DNA of 64,000 nucleotides from Bdellovibrionales bacterium (GTDB lineage: Bacteria > Bdellovibrionota > Bdellovibrionia > Bdellovibrionales > UBA1609), in contig OZ241456.1 of the NCBI GenBank assembly GCA_965200875.1, positions 1,216,001 to 1,280,000 of the forward strand. The letters are read 5' to 3'. Below the pieces are notes generated by a model. That model did no database searches. It worked only from the letters and a program-made list of their open reading frames with translations, and was not told the origin of the DNA. Numbering within the stretch: the first letter of the stretch is position 1; each line of letters starts with the position of its first letter. Shown one piece after another: positions 10,299-21,440 of this stretch. Made by a program: the position numbers and the translations under genes.

Positions 10299-11567
10299 GT
10301 GGATTTAAAGGGTTTTGGGAATGTGAAAAAAAGAGAAAGTGTTTTTATACAAAAGCCAGAAGAACAGCTGGAGGCAATTTGCCGAGGTTCAGTTGATTTG
10401 ATTTCAAAAGCGGATCTATTAAAAAAGCTGAAAAAAAGTTTTAAAGAACAAAAACCTTTGAACATTAAAGCGGGTTTTGATCCCAGTCGGCCTGATTTGC
10501 ATCTAGGTCATGCTGTCTTGTTAAATAAATTAAAGTTGTTTCAGAGTTTTGGCCATCAGGTGATTTTTCTAATTGGGGATTTCACGGCTCAAATTGGTGA
10601 CCCTTCCGGTTTGGATAAAACCCGGCCAGTTTTAAAAGAATCTGAAGTGGAAAAAAACGCCAAAACCTATTCCAGACAGGTATTTAAAATTCTGAACGAA
10701 AAAAAAACGAAAGTGTGCTTTAACTCCATCTGGATGAAAAAAATGTCGGCACAGGAGATAATTCACTGGGCCGGAAAATATACTGTAGCTCGTATGTTGG
10801 AAAGAGATGATTTTTCAAAGCGGTTTGAAACAAAACAGGCTATATGTATTCATGAACTTTTGTACCCTCTTCTGCAGGGTTATGATTCAGTTTTTTTAAA
10901 AGCAGATGTTGAGTTAGGGGGAACAGATCAGCTGTTTAATCTGTTGGTGGGGCGTGAACTGCAAAAAAAAGCTGGGCAGGAACTGCAATGTGTTTTAACA
11001 GTTCCACTTTTAGAAGGTTTGGATGGAGTAAAAAAAATGTCTAAAAGTTATGACAACTATATCGCTATTGAGGACTCTCCTTCGGAGATCTTCGGCAAAA
11101 CAATGAAACTGAGTGATGAGTTGATGATTCGTTATTATGAATTGCTGACAGACAAAAAAAGCCAAGAAATGGAACAGATTAAAAAGGATTTGAAGTCAGG
11201 TCAGGCACATCCCATGAAAGTGAAAATGGATTTGGCATACTTTTTCGTGGAACGTTTTCATGGTTTCCATTCAGCAGAAAAAGCAAAAGAAAATTTTAAA
11301 AATGTATTTTCCTTTGGTAAAGTGCCGGACGATATACGAGAACGCAAGGTAGCTCCTGCTGAGGATTTTTGGGTGTGTTATTTAATTTGTAAAGTTGGTT
11401 TTTCTCCTTCCACCAGTGAGGCACGGCGGTTAATTCAAGGTGGAGCTGTGGAGATAAATGGGGAGAAAATAAAAGACAGCAATTTAAAAATAAATTTGAA
11501 ATTGGGTGATAAATTTACACTGAAAGCAGGCAAGAGAAGATTTGTGCAAATAAAGGTGCAAACATAA
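10299..11567 (+). CDS. tyrS: Tyrosine--tRNA ligase
   Basis: GFDP...LHLGH, GGTDQ, KMSKS, C-terminal S4 domain. Confidence 0.97.
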   Translation: MDLKGFGNVKKRESVFIQKPEEQLEAICRGSVDLISKADLLKKLKKSFKEQKPLNIKAGFDPSRPDLHLGHAVLLNKLKLFQSFGHQVIFLIGDFTAQIGDPSGLDKTRPVLKESEVEKNAKTYSRQVFKILNEKKTKVCFNSIWMKKMSAQEIIHWAGKYTVARMLERDDFSKRFETKQAICIHELLYPLLQGYDSVFLKADVELGGTDQLFNLLVGRELQKKAGQELQCVLTVPLLEGLDGVKKMSKSYDNYIAIEDSPSEIFGKTMKLSDELMIRYYELLTDKKSQEMEQIKKDLKSGQAHPMKVKMDLAYFFVERFHGFHSAEKAKENFKNVFSFGKVPDDIRERKVAPAEDFWVCYLICKVGFSPSTSEARRLIQGGAVEINGEKIKDSNLKINLKLGDKFTLKAGKRRFVQIKVQT

Positions 11568-11586
11568 GAAGTTTTAGGAGAAGAAT

Positions 11587-12267
11587 ATGAAAGTCAAGTT
11601 TTTACCTCAAAGTATATCTGTGGATATAAAATCGGGGAAGAGTGTAATGGAATTGGCAAAGGAGAATCAACTCCCTGTAAGCTCTTCCTGTAATGGAATG
11701 TGCTCTTGTGCGGAATGCCGTGTTTACATAGTGGAAGGAGAAGCCCATGTACTGCCTCCTTCAGCCAAGGAAGTGGAATTAATTGGTGGAGGACATTTTA
11801 TTGATAACAGGCGATTATCCTGTCAACTATTTTGTTTTGGTGATGTAACTGTTGATTTATCCGAACAGGTGGAACGGGAAAAACAAGGTGGAATGATAAA
11901 AAAACAATTTTTAAAGCAAAACTCCAAAGACGACACGGAAAAAAGCTCTTCCGTGGGTGGTATTCTAGTTGAGCAGGATCAGGAAATAAATACAATTTCT
12001 GTTTCTGAAAAGGAATCTGATATTCCTTCAAAAGATGAGTTTTACCGAAAAGGGAAAAGAAAAGATGAAAAAAGCCGGGAAAGAAAAAAATGGAATAGAC
12101 AAAATAATTCTTCATTTGAGTTTCAAAGTGGCAATATAAAAAGACATAAAAGAAGCAGGAGGAGCTACAGATCTGGAGACAAAGAATATAGTGCAAAAGA
12201 AAACAATGGATATAGCTCGACTGAAAAAAAGTATAATCAAAAAAAAAATAAATTCCACAAAAAATAA
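11587..12267 (+). CDS. 2Fe-2S ferredoxin-domain protein with basic low-complexity tail
   Basis: CNGMCSCAEC...RLSCQ cluster ligands. Confidence 0.85.
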   Translation: MKVKFLPQSISVDIKSGKSVMELAKENQLPVSSSCNGMCSCAECRVYIVEGEAHVLPPSAKEVELIGGGHFIDNRRLSCQLFCFGDVTVDLSEQVEREKQGGMIKKQFLKQNSKDDTEKSSSVGGILVEQDQEINTISVSEKESDIPSKDEFYRKGKRKDEKSRERKKWNRQNNSSFEFQSGNIKRHKRSRRSYRSGDKEYSAKENNGYSSTEKKYNQKKNKFHKK

Positions 12268-12277
12268 CTCAAACACA

Positions 12278-14740
12278 TCAGGGAGAAAAATTCACATCAT
12301 CTGAATAAATCCACATCTGCTCCTTATTTCTTTCAGAACACTTTGTAATATCCGAAGTTTCTTCCTGAACACTCTTTTGAGCTAAAAAACCCTTAACAAT
12401 AACAGAGAATACCTTTGTTAATTTCGCACGATCCAAGTATAAATCCCAATCCCACATTTTAAAAGTATGTAATTGTATCCATGAAAATATATTGTCATAC
12501 CAGTTCAATGAGTTACTGGCCGGGAGCTGTGTTTTGGCAACAGTATAAGCATATACTGCTTCCACCAAAGCATCTGACGATTGACAGTGCATATACACCA
12601 GCGAACGAGATAAGTATCCTTTAAAAGCGGGAAAAGCACTCATTGTTTCCTCACCCTGCAACATCAAATCCTTATTTGCATCATAACGATTAATAGTTGT
12701 TTCCACAAAGTAAACTGCCATAATAGCATTTTTTAAATTACTTTTCGTCCAACTAGTGGCGTTTTGATACTCTGTGTTTGTTTCGTATGAAATTTCAACA
12801 AGAGCTTCCACTAAATTCTGCGTTTGCTCCTTACTCATTTTTGCTAGGACTGTTTGCAGATCCGGCATATTGCCCATATACTTTTTTAATAAGCCCGAAA
12901 AATGAAGTCGAACGCACTCCAAATCATACCTTTCCACATCCCATTCGAACATATCAGATTCATCCACATCCTTCCCACACAGCTGAAAAAGATCTGTGTC
13001 TATTTCTACAAGAGAAAACCCGAAAGAAAAAGCATAAGCTAGGTATTCAACAACTTCATTTGCCGTAAGATATTCTTCCTTTTGCCAGTTATGATCAAAT
13101 CCTTTCGTGCTGGGTGTTAATATGTTGGACGCTATAAATTCAGGTTCGCCAGCTTGCAAAGCATATTGCTTGTTTATTTTTTGAAGCAAACCCAGATTTT
13201 CCCCAATAATCTGAAAGTCACTAAAAAAATCTGCTAACTCTTTACTTGTCATACCAGGGCTTGCAGGATAGTCTTTTTCATATCCCATTCTCATCATCAT
13301 GGCGATAAAATGAAAAAAGTTATAAATCGTCATGTTTTTATAATCTATTTTGAGGTTGGCTTTTGTGTAAAACTCACCGGATAAATATATTTTTGGACCT
13401 GTTCTATAAAGAGGCTTAAGCAAAAACATCTGCGCCATAAGATGCTGTCCTTCCAAAAAAGATTCAGAGGATGGAAAAAAACTCGCCATTTCTGAAAAGT
13501 TATTAATATTTTCCTGAAAAGAGTTTTTACGAAATATCTCATCCAAAAAAGTCTGTATCCCTATCCACGGCTGAATAGCCTGATGAATTTTTTTCAGATG
13601 ATCAGGAGTAAATTCAATAGTTCCATATCTGCTTTTTTGTGTATTAAATATCTTTCCAAACAGAATCAAAAATATATTTCTTGTGGCTTTGGTTTTTAAC
13701 TGTTTTGTCATTATTCCCGCTTGTTTGAAATGCTCCGCGACTTTTAAAAACTCAGTTTCACCAATACGATGCTTTGGATGATTTTTTACGGCAAGAGATA
13801 AAAAATCCAATGAATCTTTAAGCATCATGGCGATATATCGCATTCCATCTGGAGAAATAAAAAGTTGTTGTTTCTTTAAAAAAAGATAATTAACTGTCAG
13901 AGAAACAAGATAAGAAGATCCCATGAGAAAGCTCTCCCATTCTTGGGGTTCAATAACTTCTGCTGATCCACCAACCATGAACTGTTTTAAAATCCCAATC
14001 AGTTGTATTTTTTCTTTCAAAAGAGACACATCATATTGAGGGTTGAAAAAGAAACCCAATTCCCGAACCAAAATTTTCATATCCTCGAAACGATAAGGGT
14101 TGGAAAATCGTTTTATAAAAACAGAAATACGACTGACTGACTCCTTTAAATCCTCTTCAATTTCAATTTTATCAAGCAATTTTTCATTATTGTCACTTTC
14201 CATCTCCTGCCTGTCTGACATATTTAACGCACGAATATAGGGTTGAAAGAAGACAACTTCTTTCTTTAAAACATCCACAAAAGTAATAAATCTCTCTATA
14301 TCTGATATAGTTAATTTATCTCCTGCTCCTCCGATGATAATTTGTTTTAAACGAACCAGCTGGGATAGCAAAGTGTTATTAATAACCTGATCCTGCAGGA
14401 ACAAATCCTGAATAAACTTTCTCAATTCCTGAGGAGTAAATTCCCCTTTTTTATGTCCTCTCACACGATCCTTAAAAAGCACCAACGCTGTCCTAGCACA
14501 GTTAAATACTTGATTAATCTGCTCATCAGCAAGGCGACCTTTCAGATAAAGCTCTATTTTTTTATTCATTCCATTTAAACAGCCAGAGGAAAAACTTGTA
14601 ATATTCATGGATGAAGTGTCTTCCCCCACCCGCAAACTGCAACCAAGCGCGCTCAAAGCCATAGCTAAAAATAAGATTTTCAGAGTCAAAATTATTTTTG
14701 AGGTTATTTGTCCTAAAATATATATTTTCTGTAATTTCAT
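12278..14740 (-). CDS. Large hypothetical lipoprotein (paralog of 18066-20282)
   Basis: Long ORF; lipobox-like ALGC; shares F.C...LF, GG..KL and E.T...D..D..L motifs with 18066. Confidence 0.8.
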   Translation of the reverse strand: MKLQKIYILGQITSKIILTLKILFLAMALSALGCSLRVGEDTSSMNITSFSSGCLNGMNKKIELYLKGRLADEQINQVFNCARTALVLFKDRVRGHKKGEFTPQELRKFIQDLFLQDQVINNTLLSQLVRLKQIIIGGAGDKLTISDIERFITFVDVLKKEVVFFQPYIRALNMSDRQEMESDNNEKLLDKIEIEEDLKESVSRISVFIKRFSNPYRFEDMKILVRELGFFFNPQYDVSLLKEKIQLIGILKQFMVGGSAEVIEPQEWESFLMGSSYLVSLTVNYLFLKKQQLFISPDGMRYIAMMLKDSLDFLSLAVKNHPKHRIGETEFLKVAEHFKQAGIMTKQLKTKATRNIFLILFGKIFNTQKSRYGTIEFTPDHLKKIHQAIQPWIGIQTFLDEIFRKNSFQENINNFSEMASFFPSSESFLEGQHLMAQMFLLKPLYRTGPKIYLSGEFYTKANLKIDYKNMTIYNFFHFIAMMMRMGYEKDYPASPGMTSKELADFFSDFQIIGENLGLLQKINKQYALQAGEPEFIASNILTPSTKGFDHNWQKEEYLTANEVVEYLAYAFSFGFSLVEIDTDLFQLCGKDVDESDMFEWDVERYDLECVRLHFSGLLKKYMGNMPDLQTVLAKMSKEQTQNLVEALVEISYETNTEYQNATSWTKSNLKNAIMAVYFVETTINRYDANKDLMLQGEETMSAFPAFKGYLSRSLVYMHCQSSDALVEAVYAYTVAKTQLPASNSLNWYDNIFSWIQLHTFKMWDWDLYLDRAKLTKVFSVIVKGFLAQKSVQEETSDITKCSERNKEQMWIYSDDVNFSP

Positions 14741-14768
14741 TTTTCTTCTTCAGTCTAAAAATTTAAAT

Positions 14769-16196
14769 TTAATCAATGAGATAAGTCACTTTAATTTTAA
14801 CGCGATCATTATGCTTATAGGAATTAAAAAAACTATTTTGTTTTATATTATTAGCACCCAAAATATCAAGTTTTGATTCAACAACCCAATGAGGAGTGAT
14901 ATGCCACTTTAAAAATGTATTCAACCACCCACCCTCTTCAGGAAGAGAATGCCAATAACTCACACCAAATGAAAAAGCCTGTTTTTTCCAATGAAACTCC
15001 TTGCTATGGACGGATACGGAAAACCCTCGATAGAGTTTAAAGCGGTTCACATTCATATCCAGCTCCAAACTGTCTGACCCAACAGAATCTGTGTGATCCT
15101 TTTGCTCCATAAAGCGCGAGTAAAGAAAATTAACATTCAATGACTGAATGGGCCAATGGTATTTGCCAAAATTCAATTCCATATAAGTGGAAAAAAATAA
15201 AGCCTGTGGCAAAACTGGCACAATCCAATCTTTCGGCACTTGAGGTCTTCGAGGCACTTCCTGAGTAACTGAAAACACAGTTTTTAAAATATCTTTTTTC
15301 ACTCCAAAATCCACAGAAAACAAAGAATGTTTAAAAGACTGATAATGAATAACACTATTAACCGCTTTTTTATCTATAGAAAACCCACCATCAACCTTAA
15401 AATAAATTTGATTCACTGGTTTGTAACCATAAGCCAAACTAAACCACTCACTATCCTTGCTCCCAAAACGAAATCTGGCAGACACGCTGTCATTTAAAAC
15501 CACATTTTTCAAATAGGGCTTTCTGAGCCAGTAAAAAGCTTCAATTTTCTGGCTAAAAAGTACAAACTCAGATTGAGGGGGAATAAACCACCGGTTCGCC
15601 GATTTAACTTCCCCTTCTTTAATCTCAACAGAAGGACCTTGATCCGGCATAAACAAACCAGACAAAAATAAAGTAAATAACCATCGCTCTTTCCCGATCG
15701 TAAAAAAAGCTCCTGTTAAACCTTTTTGTTCAGACTCCAGATAATCCCAATTAATTCTCCCTTCCCATAAACCTAATTGCCATACTTCATCCATCACACT
15801 CCAAGACTCAGAGGAAAACCACCTAGAGTTTGCACCACTTTCTGGCTTTTCAGGTTTTATAATATTATTTAATCCCGTTTGGCGTCCCAAAACAAAATTA
15901 AAGTCATAACCATTCAAAACTTCTGATAATACATAGCCCATAAATAAATTAGGAGCAGTTATATAATTTTGATTGCTCTCATCCACGGAAAAAAGAGACT
16001 TTATTTCTGCGTTATAAAACCAAGAATTCCAGATATCCTTGTGCAAAAAATGCAAGCCTATATCCATGTAATGATCTAACTGTCCCTCTAAATTACTGGA
16101 TGTAAGATAAGTGGAATACCTGAAAGACAGATTAAACCGCGCTTTTGCCGAAGAAATAAAAAATAAAATACACAAAACAAATAAATATCTATACAA
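14769..16196 (-). CDS. Hypothetical outer-membrane beta-barrel-like protein (paralog of 16556-18076)
   Basis: TTG start with GGAGG RBS; signal peptide; aromatic-rich alternating pattern; motifs shared with 16556. Confidence 0.75.
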   Translation of the reverse strand: MYRYLFVLCILFFISSAKARFNLSFRYSTYLTSSNLEGQLDHYMDIGLHFLHKDIWNSWFYNAEIKSLFSVDESNQNYITAPNLFMGYVLSEVLNGYDFNFVLGRQTGLNNIIKPEKPESGANSRWFSSESWSVMDEVWQLGLWEGRINWDYLESEQKGLTGAFFTIGKERWLFTLFLSGLFMPDQGPSVEIKEGEVKSANRWFIPPQSEFVLFSQKIEAFYWLRKPYLKNVVLNDSVSARFRFGSKDSEWFSLAYGYKPVNQIYFKVDGGFSIDKKAVNSVIHYQSFKHSLFSVDFGVKKDILKTVFSVTQEVPRRPQVPKDWIVPVLPQALFFSTYMELNFGKYHWPIQSLNVNFLYSRFMEQKDHTDSVGSDSLELDMNVNRFKLYRGFSVSVHSKEFHWKKQAFSFGVSYWHSLPEEGGWLNTFLKWHITPHWVVESKLDILGANNIKQNSFFNSYKHNDRVKIKVTYLID

Positions 16197-16555
16197 AAAA
16201 CCTCCAAAATCTCTAAAACCTCAAAAAACCGGTTACAAAAAAAAATTCCTTTTAAAAATACACTGAATCTCAAATCCTCTGAATCCAGTGGCCAAAATTG
16301 ACTAAAAACTAAACCAACATAAAAAAATTACACTCTAACTGGCCTAATCAAACTTAAAAACAATTAAAAAATTTACAATTATCGCAGATTCATCAATAAT
16401 CCAAGATAACTTATGCTCAAATTAACAATGACTACAATATGCAATATGTTGAAAATTACCGTATTTTCAAAATCCTTTTCCGGGAGAAGTAAAATATACA
16501 GAGTTTTCAACATAAAAAAGTAAAAAATCAGTGTTATTTTATACAGTCACATAGA

Positions 16556-18076
16556 TTGATAAAAAATAGAAAAACCATTATCAGGAGTACTAATTTGAAC
16601 AATCGTATATTTTTTTCCGGGTTTTGTGCTCTTTTCTGTCTGATTTGTTCCATAAATGGGCTGGCTTTTCCCTGGCCCTCGAATAAAGAGTCCCAGACAG
16701 AGAATAAATCTCAAAAAAGGGATGAATCTCGATCAAAAAATGAATCTCAAGCAAATAAATCAGAATTTTATAAATTTCAAATTAACACTCAAGCCATGAA
16801 ATTTTTTACTGAAGATCAAATACGATATTTCACAAGTGCACATTTACGGCTACAGCACCCCATATTTGCCATAAAAGCCAGCTACACCTACAGTATTTAT
16901 GAAAACCACCACTATTTTCGACCTTATCAGTTTCACTTAAACTTCAAAAGACCGGATGGAGAGTGGATTATTGGCAGACAGCCAATGGAATGGGATTGGG
17001 CGGATTCTTTCTGGAACAGAGGTTTGTGGCAACCAGCCTATACTGATGATGCTCTAAGGCCTGAATGGGCAGGCTTAACTGGATTATTTAGGGATTTCAA
17101 CTTTAAAGGAGGAAAAACAAGCCTGTTTGGCTCTTTTATTTTTCTCCCTGATTTTCCTCCCCCTTTCAAAAACGAAAACGGGAAAATCACTTCTGACAAT
17201 CCCTGGTTCACCCCTCCTCCTTCGGGAAAAATAGGCAATAGTAATTTCGTGCCTGCTTACAAAATGAAAGAGTTGTCTTTCATGGACTTTTTTAAGCTGT
17301 CTTTGGGAATAAATGCGGAATATGAAGGTTTTTATCTCTCTTATGCCTATAAGCCCATGAACAAATTAAAATTAAAGGGACTTTTTTTGATGCGTTTGCA
17401 GGAAAATTTGAAAGGTAGCTTTAAAGATGGCTATTTAATGGATGTCCCGGTGGAAACAGTAATGCTCCACCACCATCTTTTTAGTGGAGGATTCACCTTG
17501 GACAGTTCAAGTCAAAAAAGTAATGCGCAACAAAACACAAATTACCGACTGAAAACCTCTTTTACCTACAATCACCCTGAAGAGTATATTTTGGAAAATA
17601 AAAGCTGGGTTTTTTTTCAACCTCGGAACGAATGGCACATTTCCGTTAAAGGGGAAATTCATGTGAAAGATCCTTACGAAGAAACCACCTTGCATGCAGG
17701 ATATACTCATCAGTTTTATCCCGCTGAGGAAAAAAAGAATCTTTTATCAAAAGTTTTTCCAGGTATAGAAAAGCAATTCTTTCGTGATGACCTGTTCCAG
17801 TTTTCCCGATCAGCCAGTGTAGGTATTAATCACAAAATACAATTTGAAGACACACAAGAAATACAAATCAAAATCCGACTTATTTATCACTTATTGAAAG
17901 ATTATTTTCTTTTCTCTGCTCACTTCGCCTGGACACTCGATGGAGCTTTTTCTGTTTTTCTTTCCAGTGACTTGATTTTCTCTGAATTTCCCTTCTCCGC
18001 TGAACAAACACAAGAGGATATAGGAGTATACACAAATAAAAGCCGAATCTTTGGAGGGATTAGCTATGACTTTTAA
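16556..18076 (+). CDS. Hypothetical outer-membrane beta-barrel-like protein
   Basis: Signal peptide; C-terminal GISYDF is a typical BamA beta-signal. Confidence 0.8.
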   Translation: MIKNRKTIIRSTNLNNRIFFSGFCALFCLICSINGLAFPWPSNKESQTENKSQKRDESRSKNESQANKSEFYKFQINTQAMKFFTEDQIRYFTSAHLRLQHPIFAIKASYTYSIYENHHYFRPYQFHLNFKRPDGEWIIGRQPMEWDWADSFWNRGLWQPAYTDDALRPEWAGLTGLFRDFNFKGGKTSLFGSFIFLPDFPPPFKNENGKITSDNPWFTPPPSGKIGNSNFVPAYKMKELSFMDFFKLSLGINAEYEGFYLSYAYKPMNKLKLKGLFLMRLQENLKGSFKDGYLMDVPVETVMLHHHLFSGGFTLDSSSQKSNAQQNTNYRLKTSFTYNHPEEYILENKSWVFFQPRNEWHISVKGEIHVKDPYEETTLHAGYTHQFYPAEEKKNLLSKVFPGIEKQFFRDDLFQFSRSASVGINHKIQFEDTQEIQIKIRLIYHLLKDYFLFSAHFAWTLDGAFSVFLSSDLIFSEFPFSAEQTQEDIGVYTNKSRIFGGISYDF

Positions 18077-20282
18077 TTTACTCTGTATTTTGATTCCGCT
18101 CATAATATTTTTTCACTCTGCTCCGGGGTTTTCTTTTTTCAGTGAAACCTCCTGTTTTGATGAAAACAAAGTCTTTGTTTCCCGTTATTTCTCTGGTCAA
18201 TCCCATATCAGGGAATTGGAATCTTTTTTCGAGTGCATCAACAATATTATTAATGTTTTTTTGAATCATACAGAAACGGAAAATCCACAATATTACACAC
18301 AAACAGAGTTAAGCCGTTTTATATTGCTCATGGGATTCGGACAAAACAACCCTCAAACTGAAGCCGAAGCAAGAACCAGAGCCACGACTATCAGCCAAGT
18401 GATACTCAATCTCAAAACCAGCTTTATCGGAGGTCATCCAAACCGGTTGAGCCGGCAGGAGATCGCCATCAGTCAGCACATTCTGTCTATCTTCAAAAAA
18501 CGAATGCAATCCATGATTACCACGATTCCCCTGCTCATCCAGATACTAAATAAAAAAAACATAAAAAGAGCAAAGCTGTTAACCGCCACTAACACAATGA
18601 AAACCAATTTATCTGAATTAGGTTCTCAATTATCCCGGGTATCTTTTGCCTCTAACCTGTCTCTTTTAAACAAATTACCACAAAATTTAAAAACACTGGG
18701 TTTTACAAGTATTCATTTACAATATTGGAAACCGGCCATGTTAATGCTCAGTCAGTGGAAAAAGATTTTTTTGAACTCATCAGAACATATTATCCACAGC
18801 GTGGAATATCCGTTTCTTTTAGATTCATTCTCCAAACTTATGTCTCTTTGGTTTTACCATAAAAGGTTTTTAGAGGGAAGATTTTGGCTGGACACCCGTG
18901 TTATTCAACATGTGCAACACTTTCTATCGTACTCTTTAAACCTCGTGCAGGAAACCTATAAAAAATCGAAAAAAAATGGCATCTCTTTATACGATATTGA
19001 TGAATTGGCCCGCAGAACATGGTTTCTACCCTATATATCCCAGCCTATTTTCCGATTGGGTTTGCGTTCTGCATTTTGTTTCCTGTTGGAGCCTCTAACG
19101 ACTAGAAAAACCTGTAACCACAATCTGAATTTTAAACAACCGGATTTAAAAGTCAGTTTCTCTGACATCACATTTACTGTTACATCAGCAAAAACCATCC
19201 ATGAGTCTCAATCTGGGAACAACAGTAATCGCATTATTAATTCGCACTTTGACATTTTAAGACAATACATGAACTCCTGGATCAATACTGAAAACATCAT
19301 AAGACGAACATCCCAAATACCTTCTTTTTTTGGTTCTCCTCATAAATGGCTGACCAGAAGATTGAACATTACTGCTGACAAACGATTGCAATTTTACACA
19401 AATAGAACTGAGAACATTCCCCTCCTCAGCTACCTGAATTGGCAGGCTCATCTAATGAAGTGGATGACTTCCGCCTATACAAATAGAGGAGAACAACAGC
19501 AGATCAATCAACAACTATGGAATACAATGATAAAAGAATGGACGGCTCTTAGCGTTTCCATTTACAAAGACATGAACTGGGAATCTTTTCAACACTTGGG
19601 TTTTCAGGTTTTTAAACATGGCGACTTTTTAACCTCTCATTCCAACGGAGATAAAATTCTGCAAGAAGAAGAAATTTTAGAACTGTTTTCTATTTTCACA
19701 TCCTCTTTAGGGACCGTTCTCGCAAGCCAGGAAATCATACAAAATTGTAAAGGTTCCACACCCTACCACCTTCGTGCAGACTGTGTCTGGAATCATCTAC
19801 AATATCTGCCCACAAACATTTTTGAGGGATTTCCACATCTGCTGGATAGTGTGTCACAAGATGAAGAAAAAAGAATTTCCTACATAGGCCAATTACACTC
19901 TTTTCAAAACGCCAAAGAGGAACTTTCTCTTAAGGATTTGTTTGAAATATTTTTATTTGTGCACTATCAGGAAAATACAATGGAATATTTGGATAGAGAC
20001 TCCTCCCAAGATTTAAGTACTCGAGAACTGGAACCTTTATTGAATGTTTTTGAACAAACTCTTATTGATGACATGCCTCTCATCTACACCAAAAGAGAAG
20101 CTTTTGCTTTTATAACCTATTTTTTTCATTACGGTGAAGTTCCTGTTTTTCCCGAACACAATAAAATCAGTGCTCCTGTTCGTTTCAGCAACTGGCTGAT
20201 GACTCCCCAAAAGTGGCAAATACAGGCAGATCGGGAAAGTATTTTACAAACATTATTTTTGATAAACAAACAGCTGAATTAG
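18066..20282 (+). CDS. Large secreted hypothetical protein (paralog of 12278-14740)
   Basis: Long ORF; GGAGG RBS before ATG 18066; overlaps upstream stop; signal peptide. Confidence 0.8.
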   Translation: MTFNLLCILIPLIIFFHSAPGFSFFSETSCFDENKVFVSRYFSGQSHIRELESFFECINNIINVFLNHTETENPQYYTQTELSRFILLMGFGQNNPQTEAEARTRATTISQVILNLKTSFIGGHPNRLSRQEIAISQHILSIFKKRMQSMITTIPLLIQILNKKNIKRAKLLTATNTMKTNLSELGSQLSRVSFASNLSLLNKLPQNLKTLGFTSIHLQYWKPAMLMLSQWKKIFLNSSEHIIHSVEYPFLLDSFSKLMSLWFYHKRFLEGRFWLDTRVIQHVQHFLSYSLNLVQETYKKSKKNGISLYDIDELARRTWFLPYISQPIFRLGLRSAFCFLLEPLTTRKTCNHNLNFKQPDLKVSFSDITFTVTSAKTIHESQSGNNSNRIINSHFDILRQYMNSWINTENIIRRTSQIPSFFGSPHKWLTRRLNITADKRLQFYTNRTENIPLLSYLNWQAHLMKWMTSAYTNRGEQQQINQQLWNTMIKEWTALSVSIYKDMNWESFQHLGFQVFKHGDFLTSHSNGDKILQEEEILELFSIFTSSLGTVLASQEIIQNCKGSTPYHLRADCVWNHLQYLPTNIFEGFPHLLDSVSQDEEKRISYIGQLHSFQNAKEELSLKDLFEIFLFVHYQENTMEYLDRDSSQDLSTRELEPLLNVFEQTLIDDMPLIYTKREAFAFITYFFHYGEVPVFPEHNKISAPVRFSNWLMTPQKWQIQADRESILQTLFLINKQLN

Positions 20283-20365
20283 AATTTTTTTTTAATTCTT
20301 GAATAACTGCATTTTCTGTCATTACATACCTCTTTAGACGGTTTTTTTCATTTTGGGAAAATTTT

Positions 20366-20539
20366 TTACATGATCATTTATTCAAAGAAGTCTACTCGCA
20401 AACCAAGTATTGTGTGGATATCCTAAGCCTCGTTCTCTCAAAAGAAGAAATGAAACTTTTTGATTGGACCAACCTTAAAACAGAAGCCACAACTTTTATT
20501 GACAAATCCGCAAAAGAAAAACGCATGGACCTCCTTTAG
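20366..20539 (+). pseudogene. Rpn-family N-terminal fragment
   Basis: Translates LHDHLFKEVYSQ...LVLSKEEMKLFDWTNLKTE...RMDLL*, parallel to LHDRFFK...LVLSPEE...DWDTLKVE...ADL at 31972. Confidence 0.75.
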
Positions 20540-20609
20540 ATGTGTCAAAAGATGCTAGGGATTTGACAACTCGTCCTATTTTGTATATTTTAAAACATAT
20601 CTGGCGACT

Positions 20610-20670
20610 TGGAATTTTATTAAAAAACGGTCTAAAAATGGCTTCTTGAAAGGAAAGAGGCCAGATTCTT
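20610..20670 (-). pseudogene. Internal Rpn fragment
   Basis: WPLSFQEAIFRPFFNKIP vs WPISFQEAIFGLFFNKIP at about 32412-32470. Confidence 0.7.
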
Positions 20671-20780
20671 TGTTCAATCATTGTACAACCATGTAAAGAT
20701 TACACGGGCTTGTTTTTTTATTAAGTGTTTTTCATAAACACCTGTATTATTCAAAGAAACTTAAACAAAGGAGATAAATA

Positions 20781-21440
20781 ATGAAATTAATAATTACTTT
20801 ACTATTTTTAAGCTTAGGTGCTTTGAGCTATGGCCAGAATGAGGCTGAACAATCTTCTAGACAGGTGGAAAGTGACACTCCTATTGGTATTATGGCGACT
20901 ATTTATGATTTGTATGGCCTGTATGACCGGGTCACTGGCTCTTCTTCATGTAATATAAATAATTATTTTAATGAATATAGATATAAAGAAAGGAAGGATA
21001 TATTTAAGTGTGATTTGCAAGGAGCGGATATGCGAGAGGCGAATTTGAGTAATGCTACTTTGAATTTTTCGAATTTAATAGAGGCAAATTTGAGTTTTGC
21101 AAATTTACATAAGGCACATGCAGTAGGTTCAAATTTTTATAAAGCAGATTTGACTGGTGCAGATTTGCGGGAAACGATATTGGTTGACGCAAATTTTTTA
21201 ATGGCAGATTTGACTGGGGCGAATATGTCTGGGGCGGATTTGCGTTTTTCAGGTTTTAAAGAGGCGAATTTAACTGGGGTGAATCTGACTGGGGCGGATT
21301 TGCGTTTTGTGTATTTTAGTGACACGAATTTTACTGATGTAAATATGACTAATGCGAAAGTTGATCCGGACTTGGCGACTTTTTTAACTTCACAAGGTAT
21401 AAGTGGTTTTATTGTTGTTGATGAGGAGGAAGGTAAATAA
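20781..21440 (+). CDS. Secreted pentapeptide-repeat protein (array 1, gene 1)
   Basis: Signal peptide MKLIITLLFLSLGALSYG; A(D/N)Lxx repeats; AKVDPDLA..SGFIVV C-cap; AAGGAG RBS. Confidence 0.92.
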   Translation: MKLIITLLFLSLGALSYGQNEAEQSSRQVESDTPIGIMATIYDLYGLYDRVTGSSSCNINNYFNEYRYKERKDIFKCDLQGADMREANLSNATLNFSNLIEANLSFANLHKAHAVGSNFYKADLTGADLRETILVDANFLMADLTGANMSGADLRFSGFKEANLTGVNLTGADLRFVYFSDTNFTDVNMTNAKVDPDLATFLTSQGISGFIVVDEEEGK

